Assembly: GCA_041650935.1 (NCBI GenBank)
Contig: JBAZKH010000003.1
Coordinates: forward strand, 37,269-101,268
Length of the DNA: 64,000 bases
Origin: Candidatus Omnitrophota bacterium
GTDB lineage: Bacteria; Omnitrophota; Gorgyraeia; 2-01-FULL-45-10
Reading direction: 5' to 3'
Shown here: positions 12,452-22,850 of the stretch, piece after piece
How the letters are laid out: each line of letters begins with the position of its first letter
Position numbering within the stretch: the stretch's first letter is position 1
The notes under the pieces: generated by a model
Seen by the model: the letters and a program-made list of their open reading frames with translations, nothing else
What the model was told of the DNA's origin: nothing
Databases searched by the model: none
Translations under genes and position numbers: made by a program

Positions 12452-15400
12452 CTACCCGTCAAGCGCTTCCGCCAGGTCAAGTTTTTCAACGACCTTTACC
12501 CCTTCCAGTATACGCTTATACTCTACCGGAACGACCCTGACAAATTTCTTCAATTTATCGCCCATGTTATAGATTATCATCTTCGCTCTTTCGCTCCCCG
12601 TATGTTTAAAATGATTATGGAGAAGATAATAGACTGTGACCTCGTCATCCTTTTTAAGACGTTCTAACAAAACCATGTCCATATTACACCTATCTTTTAA
12701 TACATTATCTTCGTCGTATACATAAGCGATACCGCCCGACATCCCGGCTCCAAAATTCCTGCCGGTAGGTCCAAGTATCACAACCCTCCCGCCTGTCATA
12801 TACTCACACCCGTGGTCACCGACACCTTCGGCTACGGCGTATAGCCCGGAGTTCCTGATACAAAATCTTTCTCCGGCGGCGCCGCATATATACGCATCGC
12901 CGGATATCGCCCCATAGAAAGCGGTATTGCCTATTATTATATTTTCACCCGGCCTATAACCGGACCTTCTGTCGGGGTAGACTATAATTTTACCTCCGGA
13001 GATACCTTTCCCGACGTAGTCATTCGCCATACCTTCCAATTCGAAAGTGATACCTTTGACAAGAAACGCCCCGAAGCTCTGCCCGGCAGTGCCCTTAAAC
13101 TTGCACGATATGGTATCTTCCAGGAAAACTCCGTCTCCATATCTTCTTATCATCTCACCGCTCAACATCGCCCCGGCCGATCTATTCGTATTGTTGATAT
13201 CTACCGATATATTTACCGGTTTATTATTTTTGACAGCGTCTTCACACATCTTTATAAGCTTTTTATCAAGAACCTGGTCGAGCCCGCTATCCTGATGCGG
13301 CGTGTAGTACCGGGCGGTCTTATTAAAAAAATCGGGCTTATACAGGATACAGGAATAATCTATTCCTTTGGCCTTCGAAGGGATGATCTCTCTGTCTATT
13401 TCCAAAAGATCCGTCCTCCCTATCATTTCATCTATGGTCTTTAACCCGAGCTCTGCCATTATCTCCCTGAGCTCTTCGGCGACGAACCGGAAATATGCCA
13501 CGATATATTCCGGCCTGCCTTTGAATCTCTTCTGCAATATATCGTCCTGCGTTGCCACGCCTACGGAACAATTATTCAAATGACAATGCCTCAACATGAC
13601 GCACCCGGACGCGACAAGCACGGCCGTGCAAAACCCATACTCCTCGGCTCCCAGCAAAGCCGCGATCGCTATATCGCGGCCCGTGCGCATCTGCCCGTCT
13701 GTCTGCAAACGGACCCTTGAGCGTAATCCGTTAAGCATCAACGTCTGGTGCGTCTCGGATAAGCCCAATTCCCACGGAAGCCCGGCGTAACGTATCGAGC
13801 TCCTGGGAGAAGCGCCCGTCCCTCCGTCGCCGCCGGAAATAAGTATCATGTCGGCGTGTCCCTTAGCGACACCTGCCGCGACCGTCCCTACGCCCGCTTC
13901 CGAGACGAGTTTAACGCTCACCCTTGCCCCGGGATTAACGTTCTTCAGGTCGAATATAAGCTGCGCGAGGTCTTCTATGGAATATATATCATGGTGCGGC
14001 GGAGGAGATATCAAGGTGACGCCGGGGGTTGTGAATCTCGTCCGGGCGATTATTTCATTTACCTTATGTCCGGGCAACTGGCCGCCCTCGCCGGGCTTTG
14101 CTCCCTGCGCTATCTTTATCTGTATCTCATCGGCATTGACAAGATAGTTCGTGGTAACGCCAAACCGTCCGGACGCAACCTGCTTTATGGCGCTTCTTCT
14201 CGAATCGCCGTTAGGCAGGGTTACGAACCTGTTGGGATCCTCGCCGCCTTCGCCGGTATTGGATTTGCCGCCTATCCTGTTCATCGCGATAGCTATCGTT
14301 TCATGCGCAGGCCTTGATATCGAACCAAAACTCATCGCGCCCGTAACGAACCGTTTCATTATGCTCCCGGCGCTTTCGACTTCATCGATAGGGATGCCCT
14401 CGCCTCTTTTAAATTTAATAAGGCTCCTCAGGGTCGTGGGGTTATCTGACTGGTCGTTTATAAGCCGCGCGAATTCTTTATATTTATCGAGGTCATTCCC
14501 GCGGACAGCGTCCTGCAGGGCGGCTATGCTCTCGGGATTCCAAAGATGGAATTCTCCGTCTTTTTTCCATTGATACACCCCGCCGCTAGGCAGATGAGGC
14601 GCGTCCTCATCTATTTCCGAATAGGCCTCCCGGTGCCGCGCTATCGCTTCTGCCGCGATATCATCAAGCCCGAGGCCTCCGATCCTCGATATGGTGCCGG
14701 TAAAATACTTCTCTACAAAGGCGTCGCCTAAGCCCAGCGCCTCGAATATCTGAGCGCCGCGATAGCTCCTCAAGGTAGATATCCCCATCTTCGACAATAT
14801 CTTCAATATCCCGTCGGTAATGGCCTTATTGTAGTTTTTCAGGGCGGTTTTGAGGTCGAGCGCGGCCTCTTTTTCATTTATCAGATACTTTACCGCTTCA
14901 TACGCGAGATACGGGTTTACGCAATCCGCGCCATAACCGAAGAGGAGGGCAAAATGATGAACCTCTCTGGGTTCCGCGCTTTCGATTATCAGCGCGACCT
15001 GCGAGCGTATGGTCTTTCGCACAAGGTGTTGATGGACGGCGCTCGCGGCCAAAAGCGCGGGAAGAGCGATATTATCTTTATCCGTACCCCGGTCGCTTAA
15101 TATTATAAAAGAGTAACCCTTCTCAATGGCGAACTCGGCTTCAAAACAGATCCTGTCCAGAGCCTGAACGAAACCTTTACTGCCCGTCCCGGCGTCAAAG
15201 AATGTATATATCGTCTTTGTCCTGAACCCGTTTACGCTTATATCCCGTATACCTTCGAGATCTTCATCGGTTAATATCGGATTTTTTACCCTCAGCCGAT
15301 GGCTATGTTCCTGGGTCTCCTCCAATATATTTTTTTCCGGGCCTATAAAACTCTCAAGGCTCATGACAAGCTTTTCACGTATAGAGTCTATCGGGGGGTT

Positions 15401-16999
15401 AGTCACCTGCGCGAATAATTGCTTAAAATAACTGTAAAGGAGCTGGGGCTTTTTCGACAAAAAAGCATGAGGAGTATCATTGCCCATAGAGCCGACAGGT
15501 TCTTTGCCTTCATCGGCCATCGGCTTTATTATTATTTTAAGGTCTTCGCGCGAGTATCCAAAGGCTTTAAGCGATTGCATGATGTTTTCCGTATTATCTC
15601 TATTATCAGGCCCCGCCGCGGCCAACTTATCGAGATTAACCATATTCGCCGCGTTCCATTTACCATACGGGCAGCGCCCCGATACGTTTTCCTTTATCTC
15701 GGAATCGTGGATTATCCGGCCGGAGACCGTATCTATAAAAAAGATCTTTCCGGGCTCAAGCCTGCCGGAAACCCTGATATCCGCCGGCGCTATATCCAGG
15801 ACGCCGGCTTCCGAAGCCATAACTACAAAGTCGTCTTTAGTGACTATATAACGGGCGGGCCTGAGGCCGTTCCTATCAAGCACCGCTCCGATATTTTTAC
15901 CGTCTGTAAACGCTATCGCGGCCGGGCCATCCCACGGTTCCATCAAGCAGGCGTGATATTTGTAAAAGTCCTTGAGCTCCTTGCTCATGGACCTGTCATG
16001 CTCCCATGCCGCGGGTATCAGCATCATCATCGCGTGTTCAAGGGACCTACCCGATAAAACCAGGAGCTCAAAAACATTATCTATAGCGGCAGAATCACTG
16101 CCGCCCTTAACTATGATAGGCTTCAGTTTCTCTATGTCTGTGCCGAAGAGCTCGCTCGTTATCTGCCGTTCTCTGGCGCTTATCCAGTTCACATTGCCGC
16201 GCAAAGTATTTATCTCGCCGTTATGGGCCAGGAACCGGAACGGCTGCGCCAGGTTCCATGTCGGAAAGGTATTGGTGCTGTACCGTGAATGGACCAGGCA
16301 TAAGGAACTTTCCATGGAGATGTCTTTAAGATCGGGGAAAAAATCTCTCAACTGCGAAGGCATCAGCAGCCCTTTATAACCTAATGTCCTCGACGACAAG
16401 TTTGTAATATAGAAGAAAAATTTCTGCCCTGCCTCTGATGCCTTGACCGCGCTTTCAAGACGCTTGCGGATTACATAAAGCTTCCTTTCGAAGGCAAGCT
16501 GGCCGCCGGGATTATCACCGGCTCCTATAAATACCTGCGCCATAAAAGGCATCGTATCTTTTGCGCTCCGGCCTATCGCGGAGCTGTCTGTGGGAACATC
16601 GCGCCACCCCAGAAGCGTCTGGCCTTCTTCTTCGATAATTTTCTTGAACATATCGGTGCAAAATTTCTTATCCTCATCGCTGCCCGGTAAAAAGACCAGT
16701 CCTGTACCGTACCGCCCGGGTTCCGGTAAGGTTATGCCCAGCTTCATGCATTCTTTCGACAGAAATTTATGCGGCGTCTGGATCAATATGCCCGCGCCAT
16801 CGCCCGTCTTCGGGTCCGCTCCGACGGCGCCCCGGTGGCTCAGCCGTTCGAGCACCTCGATGCCTTTTTTCACGATCGTGTATGATTTCCCGCCTTTTAT
16901 ATTACAAACAAACCCCACCCCGCAGGAATCATGTTCGAATCCCGGATCGTAAAGCCCTTGTTTTAGAGGAAGATCGTGATGCCGCATTAAATTTTCCAT
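12452..16999 (-). CDS. gltB: Glutamate synthase large (alpha) subunit
   Basis: 1515 aa beginning GLYDPGFEHDSCGVGFV, the amidotransferase N-terminal nucleophile Cys motif. An alternative start at 16987 would give a TAATG stop-start overlap with the upstream HTH gene. Confidence 0.93.
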   Translation of the reverse strand: MENLMRHHDLPLKQGLYDPGFEHDSCGVGFVCNIKGGKSYTIVKKGIEVLERLSHRGAVGADPKTGDGAGILIQTPHKFLSKECMKLGITLPEPGRYGTGLVFLPGSDEDKKFCTDMFKKIIEEEGQTLLGWRDVPTDSSAIGRSAKDTMPFMAQVFIGAGDNPGGQLAFERKLYVIRKRLESAVKASEAGQKFFFYITNLSSRTLGYKGLLMPSQLRDFFPDLKDISMESSLCLVHSRYSTNTFPTWNLAQPFRFLAHNGEINTLRGNVNWISARERQITSELFGTDIEKLKPIIVKGGSDSAAIDNVFELLVLSGRSLEHAMMMLIPAAWEHDRSMSKELKDFYKYHACLMEPWDGPAAIAFTDGKNIGAVLDRNGLRPARYIVTKDDFVVMASEAGVLDIAPADIRVSGRLEPGKIFFIDTVSGRIIHDSEIKENVSGRCPYGKWNAANMVNLDKLAAAGPDNRDNTENIMQSLKAFGYSREDLKIIIKPMADEGKEPVGSMGNDTPHAFLSKKPQLLYSYFKQLFAQVTNPPIDSIREKLVMSLESFIGPEKNILEETQEHSHRLRVKNPILTDEDLEGIRDISVNGFRTKTIYTFFDAGTGSKGFVQALDRICFEAEFAIEKGYSFIILSDRGTDKDNIALPALLAASAVHQHLVRKTIRSQVALIIESAEPREVHHFALLFGYGADCVNPYLAYEAVKYLINEKEAALDLKTALKNYNKAITDGILKILSKMGISTLRSYRGAQIFEALGLGDAFVEKYFTGTISRIGGLGLDDIAAEAIARHREAYSEIDEDAPHLPSGGVYQWKKDGEFHLWNPESIAALQDAVRGNDLDKYKEFARLINDQSDNPTTLRSLIKFKRGEGIPIDEVESAGSIMKRFVTGAMSFGSISRPAHETIAIAMNRIGGKSNTGEGGEDPNRFVTLPNGDSRRSAIKQVASGRFGVTTNYLVNADEIQIKIAQGAKPGEGGQLPGHKVNEIIARTRFTTPGVTLISPPPHHDIYSIEDLAQLIFDLKNVNPGARVSVKLVSEAGVGTVAAGVAKGHADMILISGGDGGTGASPRSSIRYAGLPWELGLSETHQTLMLNGLRSRVRLQTDGQMRTGRDIAIAALLGAEEYGFCTAVLVASGCVMLRHCHLNNCSVGVATQDDILQKRFKGRPEYIVAYFRFVAEELREIMAELGLKTIDEMIGRTDLLEIDREIIPSKAKGIDYSCILYKPDFFNKTARYYTPHQDSGLDQVLDKKLIKMCEDAVKNNKPVNISVDINNTNRSAGAMLSGEMIRRYGDGVFLEDTISCKFKGTAGQSFGAFLVKGITFELEGMANDYVGKGISGGKIIVYPDRRSGYRPGENIIIGNTAFYGAISGDAYICGAAGERFCIRNSGLYAVAEGVGDHGCEYMTGGRVVILGPTGRNFGAGMSGGIAYVYDEDNVLKDRCNMDMVLLERLKKDDEVTVYYLLHNHFKHTGSERAKMIIYNMGDKLKKFVRVVPVEYKRILEGVKVVEKLDLAEALDG

Positions 17000-17196
17000 T
17001 TCTCCGGGTTAATGCCGAATTTAACGATCTTTGTTTTTAAAGTGTTCCGATGTATGCCTAAAATCTTCGCGGCTTTTACCTGATTACCAAAAGTCCTTTC
17101 AAGGGCTTTTTCGATCAGAGGCCTCTCGACGGCTTCAATAGCGGTTTTGTATATAGCACAATCTTCCATCTTTTTACGCCTATATTTTGTGCACAT
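16987..17196 (-). CDS. Small Fis-type helix-turn-helix DNA-binding protein
   Basis: C-terminus GNQVKAAKILGIHRNTLKTKIVKFGI (Fis-type HTH_8). The start is uncertain: 17196 or 17169; the 17265 start would overlap nadE. Confidence 0.5.
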   Translation of the reverse strand: MCTKYRRKKMEDCAIYKTAIEAVERPLIEKALERTFGNQVKAAKILGIHRNTLKTKIVKFGINPEKWKI

Positions 17197-17209
17197 TAAT
17201 TTAAAAAAA

Positions 17210-17935
17210 TTATCCCTTAGCGCTAAAAACCGGCGGCATCGCCCTTTTGTGCGTCGATCTTTCAATCATAATTTTCGTTTTTTTCAGTTTACTTTTTTCG
17301 ACTCCGCCGTCTCTTTTTTCTTCAATCGCTTTCAGGCATCTGTCGAGGTCTTTGTACGGCATCCCGATTTCACCTTCATCGGTTTGGCCTTCCCAGAGCC
17401 CGGCCGTTGGCGCCCTCTTCACTATTTCTTCGGGTATTTTCAGTTCTTTTGCCAATCTCCTCACCTCTGTTTTAAACAATCCGCCCAGGGGAAGGATGTC
17501 GCAACCGCCGTCCCCGTATTTCGTGAAATAGCCTATCTCGAGCTCGCTTTTGTTTCCGGTGCCGGCGACCAGATAATCCAACGCATTTGCGAAATAATAT
17601 AAAGTCAGCATTCTTAACCGCGGTTTCAGATTCGCTATCGCAATATCGCTTGCGCCATAGTTCATATCAACAAATTGGTTGAACAGCGCGGTCAAATCCA
17701 GCCGCTTGATCTTTATACCGAATTTCCCGGCAAATTTCATTGCCAGTTCTTCATCCGCGGCGGAACTTTGGCAGGGAAGGATCAACCCGAGCGCATTCTT
17801 CCCTAACGCCTTTTTTGACAGTGCCGCGACTACCGCGGAATCTATCCCCCCGCTCAATCCCACGACAATACCTTTTTTACCGGCAATCTCGACCTGCCGC
17901 TTTATCCAACCGCTTATATCGCGCGATAATTTCAT
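17210..17935 (-). CDS. nadE: NH3-dependent NAD+ synthetase
   Basis: GIVVGLSGGIDSAVVAAL PP-loop. I chose the start at MKLSRDISGWIKRQ, which gives an ATGA overlap with the glnA stop. Confidence 0.85.
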   Translation of the reverse strand: MKLSRDISGWIKRQVEIAGKKGIVVGLSGGIDSAVVAALSKKALGKNALGLILPCQSSAADEELAMKFAGKFGIKIKRLDLTALFNQFVDMNYGASDIAIANLKPRLRMLTLYYFANALDYLVAGTGNKSELEIGYFTKYGDGGCDILPLGGLFKTEVRRLAKELKIPEEIVKRAPTAGLWEGQTDEGEIGMPYKDLDRCLKAIEEKRDGGVEKSKLKKTKIMIERSTHKRAMPPVFSAKG

Positions 17936-19263
17936 AGGATCGAAAGATACTTGTCGAGCTCGGATTGCGGAACCTGTATCCTGTATTCGTCCCACTCCTT
18001 CTTCTTCAGCTCAACGAATCTCGGGAATATATGGTCACCGAGGACTTTTTTCACAAGCGCGCTGTTTTCGGCTATCGAAATCGCATGACCGAGCGAGTCG
18101 GGAAGGGTTTCGATGCCCTTTTGCTTTCTTTCCGCATCGGTTAAATGATAGAGATTTGTATCCATCGGCTTAGGCGCTTTATATCCCTTTTCTATTCCGT
18201 CTAAACCGGCGTGGAGCATAGCCGCAAATGTTAGATATGGATTGCACGCGGGGTCGCATGCCCTGAACTCGCATCTGGTCGCTTTCTCTTTGCCGGGATA
18301 GTAGAGCGGCACCCTGACGAGCGCAGACCTGTTCCTGCGGCTCCACGCAACGTACACCGGCGCCTCATAACCGGGCACTAACCTCTTATACGAGTTCGTA
18401 GTCTGCGCAAAAATGGCGCATATCTCTCTGGCATGTTTCAATAGACCGGCTATATAATTACGTGCTATATCCGAAAGAAAATCTTCGCTCTTTGCGTCAA
18501 AAAACATATTTTTGCTTCCCTTAAATAGCGATTGATGGGTATGCATACCCGAGCCATTTTGCCCGAAGATGGGTTTCGGCATAAACGTGGCATATACACC
18601 GAACTTGCTCGCGATCTCTTTGACTACGATCTTATACGTTATAACGCTGTCGGCCATCTCAAGCGCATCCTTATATCTCATATCGACCTCATGCTGGCTC
18701 GGGGCTACTTCATGATGAGAATACTCGACGTCTATTCCCATCTTTTCAAGGGCCAACACGGTCTCGCGTCTTAAGTCGCTTGCGACATCGAGCGTTGTGA
18801 GGTCGAAATACCCGCCTTTATCGAGCGTTTCCGGGGAGGTATCTGTCCTGAAATAGAAAAATTCCAATTCCGGTCCCAGATAAAAATGATCGAAGCCCAT
18901 TTTAGCCGCCCGCTCAAGGGCTATTTTTAAAATGTAACGCGGATCGCCCTCGTAAGGTGTTTTATCGGGGTTTAAGACATCGCATATCATCCTGCCGACC
19001 GCCTTTTCTGTCGGCCTCCAGGGGAGGACGGCAAAGGTCTCGGGGTCCGGCATTGCGATCATATCGGATTCCTCGATATCCTGGTACCCTGTAATGGATG
19101 AACCGTCAAACCCCATACCATTTTCCAGGGCATTCTCCAATTCCTTATCTGTAATAGCAAAACTCTTCACCTGCCCCAGGACATCGGTAAACCATAGGCG
19201 TATAAACTTCACATCTTTCTCTTTTACCAATTTCAAAATATCCTGCTTTGTTTTTTTAGCCAT
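17932..19263 (-). CDS. glnA: Glutamine synthetase type I
   Basis: MAKKTKQDILKLVKEKDVKFIRLWFTDVLG. The start at 19263 has an AGGAGAT ribosome-binding site. Confidence 0.93.
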   Translation of the reverse strand: MAKKTKQDILKLVKEKDVKFIRLWFTDVLGQVKSFAITDKELENALENGMGFDGSSITGYQDIEESDMIAMPDPETFAVLPWRPTEKAVGRMICDVLNPDKTPYEGDPRYILKIALERAAKMGFDHFYLGPELEFFYFRTDTSPETLDKGGYFDLTTLDVASDLRRETVLALEKMGIDVEYSHHEVAPSQHEVDMRYKDALEMADSVITYKIVVKEIASKFGVYATFMPKPIFGQNGSGMHTHQSLFKGSKNMFFDAKSEDFLSDIARNYIAGLLKHAREICAIFAQTTNSYKRLVPGYEAPVYVAWSRRNRSALVRVPLYYPGKEKATRCEFRACDPACNPYLTFAAMLHAGLDGIEKGYKAPKPMDTNLYHLTDAERKQKGIETLPDSLGHAISIAENSALVKKVLGDHIFPRFVELKKKEWDEYRIQVPQSELDKYLSIL

Positions 19264-19280
19264 ATATCTCCTATCAGGTT

Positions 19281-19327
19281 TGCAAAATAAAAAAGGCGTT
19301 TTCATGCCGTATAGGCATTAAAACGCC
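19281..19327 (-). terminator. Rho-independent terminator or attenuator between glnK and glnA
   Basis: Nested hairpin GGCGTTTT-CATGCC..GGCATT-AAAACGCC, followed on the minus strand by a T-run (TTTTTTATTTT). Confidence 0.5.
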
Positions 19328-19432
19328 CTCGTTTTAATACGCTTTTCGCACAAACTTTGTGCTTTTACTATATATATAAGTAAAAAAGAGCCTGTTTTGG
19401 TAACTGAAATTTTGCAAAGCAGAATTTGATCC

Positions 19433-19774
19433 TCACCCGATAGCCAACGTACCTTTTTCAGCCGTCCGTATCCTGAAACATTCTTCCAGATTAATTACGA
19501 ATATTTTACCGTCGCCTATATTACCGGTCTTTGCGGCCTCCATTATGGCGGATATGGTCGAATTGACAAACGCGTCGTTTACGGCGATCTCAAGCCGGAC
19601 CTTTTTTAGCATCCCGCCGGTCTCCTTTCTTCCTCTATATACTTCGGTACGCCCCTTCTGTCTCCCGCATCCGAGCGCATTGGAGACTGTCCTTAAATAT
19701 ATCTCTTTCTCATCCAGTTTCTTCAACACATCTTCTAATTTATGCGGCTGTATTATCGATATTATGAGTTTCAT
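19433..19774 (-). CDS. glnK: Nitrogen regulatory protein P-II
   Basis: 113 aa, [16 protein letters not shown], with a T-loop region. Located immediately downstream of amtB. Confidence 0.9.
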   Translation of the reverse strand: MKLIISIIQPHKLEDVLKKLDEKEIYLRTVSNALGCGRQKGRTEVYRGRKETGGMLKKVRLEIAVNDAFVNSTISAIMEAAKTGNIGDGKIFVINLEECFRIRTAEKGTLAIG

Positions 19775-19884
19775 GCCATCCTCCTTTGAATTTTAAAATC
19801 CTAAATCCGAAATTCTAAACAAATCACAATTTTCCAAATTCGAATTAACCAAATTTTGAAATTTCGAATTTCGTATTTACACTA

Positions 19885-21120
19885 TCAGTCCAATAAGGTA
19901 TACGCGCTCTCTTCGTGCTGGGTTATATCGAGTCCGGCCATCTCTTCTTCGTCGGGCACCCTTAGACCCATAACCGCGTCTATAACTTTTAAGAGGATCA
20001 GCGTAACAAATACCGAATAGATAATTGTGACAGCCACGCCCGCCGCCTGGATACCCAGGAGCGAGGGATTGCCGAAAAAAAGACCGTTATTACCGGCCGG
20101 ATTTATGAACTTTTCGGCCAATAGTCCGGTCAGTATCGCCCCGGTGGCTCCGCCTACTCCATGCACTCCGAAAGCATCCAGCGAATCGTCATAAGCGAGC
20201 TTGAGTTTTATCACCGCTACAGCGGTATAACAGATAAGCCCTACAACCACGCCTATTATTGCGGCGGATAGCGGCGAGACGAAACCGGATGCCGGCGTCA
20301 CAGCTACGAGCCCCGCGACCGCGCCGGTCGCCCCGCCCAGTATCGTAGGTTTGCCTATCAGCTTCCACTCTATGAACATCCAGGTAAGCGCCGCGGCCGC
20401 CGCGGCGGTATTTGTAGCTATGAACGCCGATACCGCGAGCTCATTGGCGGCAAGCGCGGATCCCGCGTTGAATCCGAACCATCCGAACCACAATAGCGCG
20501 GCTCCCAGTATAGTAAGAGGAAGGTTGTGCGGCGGCATCGGTTCACGGCCGTAGCCGCGTCTTTTGCCTAATATGAGAGCGCAAACAAGCGCCGAGATAC
20601 CGGAGGATACGTGGACGACTGTACCGCCGGCAAAATCGAGCGCCCCCATATTCTTAAGCCATCCGCCGGCCCCCCATACCCAGTGGCAGACAGGATCATA
20701 AACAAATGTCGCCCATGCCAGGGTAAAGACAACGTAAGCGGAGAACTTCATCCTCTCGGCGAAGGCGCCGGTTATGAGGGCGGGAGTTATTACGGCAAAC
20801 ATCATCTGGTATACCATGAATAAAAGGTGCGGTATCGTAGGAGCATAATCCGGATTGGGGGCCATGCCGACACCCTTAAGGCCGCACCATGCCAGGCTTC
20901 CTATTATATGCCCCTTGTCCGGGCCGAACGAAAGGCTATAGCCCCAGAGTATCCACTGGATACTTATAAGGCACAGCACGAAGAACGACTGCATCATCGT
21001 CGAAAGGACGTTTTTCCTCCTCACAAGCCCTCCGTAGAAGAAGGCAAGCCCCGGAGCTGTCATCATCATGACAAGTGCCGCCGACATCAATACCCAAGCC
21101 GTATCCCCTGAATTTATCAT
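19885..21120 (-). CDS. amtB: Ammonium transporter
   Basis: 411 aa Amt/MEP family protein beginning GDTAWVLMSAALVMMMTAPGLAFFYGG. Confidence 0.93.
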   Translation of the reverse strand: MINSGDTAWVLMSAALVMMMTAPGLAFFYGGLVRRKNVLSTMMQSFFVLCLISIQWILWGYSLSFGPDKGHIIGSLAWCGLKGVGMAPNPDYAPTIPHLLFMVYQMMFAVITPALITGAFAERMKFSAYVVFTLAWATFVYDPVCHWVWGAGGWLKNMGALDFAGGTVVHVSSGISALVCALILGKRRGYGREPMPPHNLPLTILGAALLWFGWFGFNAGSALAANELAVSAFIATNTAAAAAALTWMFIEWKLIGKPTILGGATGAVAGLVAVTPASGFVSPLSAAIIGVVVGLICYTAVAVIKLKLAYDDSLDAFGVHGVGGATGAILTGLLAEKFINPAGNNGLFFGNPSLLGIQAAGVAVTIIYSVFVTLILLKVIDAVMGLRVPDEEEMAGLDITQHEESAYTLLD

Positions 21121-21132
21121 ATCCCCCCCTTG

Positions 21133-21891
21133 TTAATAATTAATATCCATTTGTATCGTAACCGTATCGGCAAGATTCCTGTTGTTATAGAACTGGTAAC
21201 CGCAGATAACCGAAATATCTTTTGTGAATTGGACGGACGCGCCCAGATTGAACGCGCCGTAACCGGACCGGGTCCCCTGATATTCGGCGCATACCCATAA
21301 TTTATCGCTTATCTCGGGCATCGTCCTTTCCCACGCCCAGAATATGCCGTTATTATCGCGTTTTAAATCCTCGTTCAGCATTATTTTGGGGTTACCCCAG
21401 AAATAACCCATCGAGAACCTGCCGAGCGAAAAGTTTTTTATCTTGAACGTCTTCGCGCCCTTAACATAAACAAGATCATAATTAGTCCTGTCTTTACTGG
21501 TGCCGGCATCGTATATGCCGAACGCTAAAGCCGGAAAATGCGGCCCATACGCGTCTTCGGGTATAGCGATCTTCGCGTTAAAGTACATCGGCCAACGGTC
21601 AAGATCGCCGTAACCTGTCTTGTAGTCGAACCCTGCTTCCGCCGTCAGCTTTTTGAAAGGAAGGATGCCGAAAGTGAGCCCGGAATTCGTTACCGGCTCC
21701 GGACGGTTCCCGTCCGAATTATCACCAACCGGCACATATACATCGGCTGTAACGTGGCCGGTGTCCCAGGCCTGAGTATCGGTGGAAGGCGCCCATATAT
21801 GCGTAGATGCTGTCGCATAGGCAAAGCCGGGACGAAACGGGATAAGGCTTAAAACTATTCCAAGTATCGATAATTTCCTCAGGGCATCCAT
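21133..21891 (-). CDS. Putative outer-membrane beta-barrel protein or porin, upstream of amtB
   Basis: Signal peptide, alternating aromatic and hydrophilic beta-strand pattern, and a C-terminal aromatic residue (…INY). Confidence 0.5.
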   Translation of the reverse strand: MDALRKLSILGIVLSLIPFRPGFAYATASTHIWAPSTDTQAWDTGHVTADVYVPVGDNSDGNRPEPVTNSGLTFGILPFKKLTAEAGFDYKTGYGDLDRWPMYFNAKIAIPEDAYGPHFPALAFGIYDAGTSKDRTNYDLVYVKGAKTFKIKNFSLGRFSMGYFWGNPKIMLNEDLKRDNNGIFWAWERTMPEISDKLWVCAEYQGTRSGYGAFNLGASVQFTKDISVICGYQFYNNRNLADTVTIQMDINY

Positions 21892-21996
21892 CTCTTCTTC
21901 TCCGGCAGATAAATAAAAAAACGTCTTCTTGCACCACGCGGTGCCGGAAGACGCCTTCGTCTAAAACTGCATAACTACCAGCTACAAGTAAAAAAG

Positions 21997-22512
21997 CTAC
22001 ATTCCTGGTAACTTCTTTTTACGCCATTTCTTTAAAATAGACTTTTTGTGCTTCAATACCATGACATGCGATATACCAAGCTGTGCGGCGGCCTCACGTA
22101 CCGTGCACCCTTTCAGCAGGAACGATAGAACGGATCTCTCCTTTTCCGTAAGATCCATCGCGCTTAACTCATCTATCGTTATCTTATCGTCCATACTCGC
22201 GCCGGATTCGCCCCGTTTATCTTCCAGGAGATCGCCGAGTGTTGCTCCTCCGGGGCTGACAAGTTCGTCAAGGCTGGAAATGATGATCTTTGGCCGCCCC
22301 TTCCTCATGAAATTCTGTATGTGAAATTCACATCCCTTAATAACGTAAGACTCGTTTATCCCGACCGGAAGACCATTGGCATAATTCTGCCACAGATAAA
22401 GACACATCTCCTGATACAGGTCCTTCTCGTCATAGAATCCCGTAAGAAGGTGTTTCCGCGCGATGAACCTTAACGCCGGCGTTATCTTTTCAAGCAGCAT
22501 TCTGAAGTCCAT
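21997..22512 (-). CDS. Sigma-70 family (ECF-like) RNA polymerase sigma factor
   Basis: Region 2 motif (LYQEMCLYLWQNY) and a region 4 LuxR-type HTH (CTVREAAAQLGISHVMV). The start at MDFRMLL is more plausible than 22632. Confidence 0.7.
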   Translation of the reverse strand: MDFRMLLEKITPALRFIARKHLLTGFYDEKDLYQEMCLYLWQNYANGLPVGINESYVIKGCEFHIQNFMRKGRPKIIISSLDELVSPGGATLGDLLEDKRGESGASMDDKITIDELSAMDLTEKERSVLSFLLKGCTVREAAAQLGISHVMVLKHKKSILKKWRKKKLPGM

Positions 22513-22770
22513 ATTCCACCACCGCCTTAAAACAAAAAAAAGACGTTCGTGAGCCAATCCATTGGCACAGAACGTCTTCGTCCTGGACTGAAAACAAAAA
22601 AAGCGTTCTTTCGAACGCTTCATTGTGTCCATCTTTAAGCGCTTACTTTGCGCTTACTTCTATATATAGTATACCACAAAAAAACTTATGGTCAATCTAC
22701 AATTACCACCTTTTTCCTACTTAATGGGGGCTTCTGGCAGTGTAACAGTTTAGCCAAAAGAAGCTCTCCG

Positions 22771-22797
22771 TCGTAGCCGACATTTAAATGTCGGCTA
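22771..22797. repeat. TTTAAA-centred perfect palindrome (variant of the MITE-like hairpin family)
   Basis: CGTAGCCGACATTTAAATGTCGGCTAC, preceded by a TAACAGTTTAGC terminal-repeat-like motif. Confidence 0.5.
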
Positions 22798-22850
22798 CAA
22801 TATCGTCGGGCAACTTCTCTATGCTAATCTATTACCTGACAGTCTGTACT

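Noticed and set aside
16987-17265. Long 92-aa form of the Fis-type HTH ORF
   Set aside because: The 17265 start would overlap nadE by 56 bp. An internal Met start at 17196 or 17169 is more plausible, so the feature is called with the shorter coordinates and low confidence.
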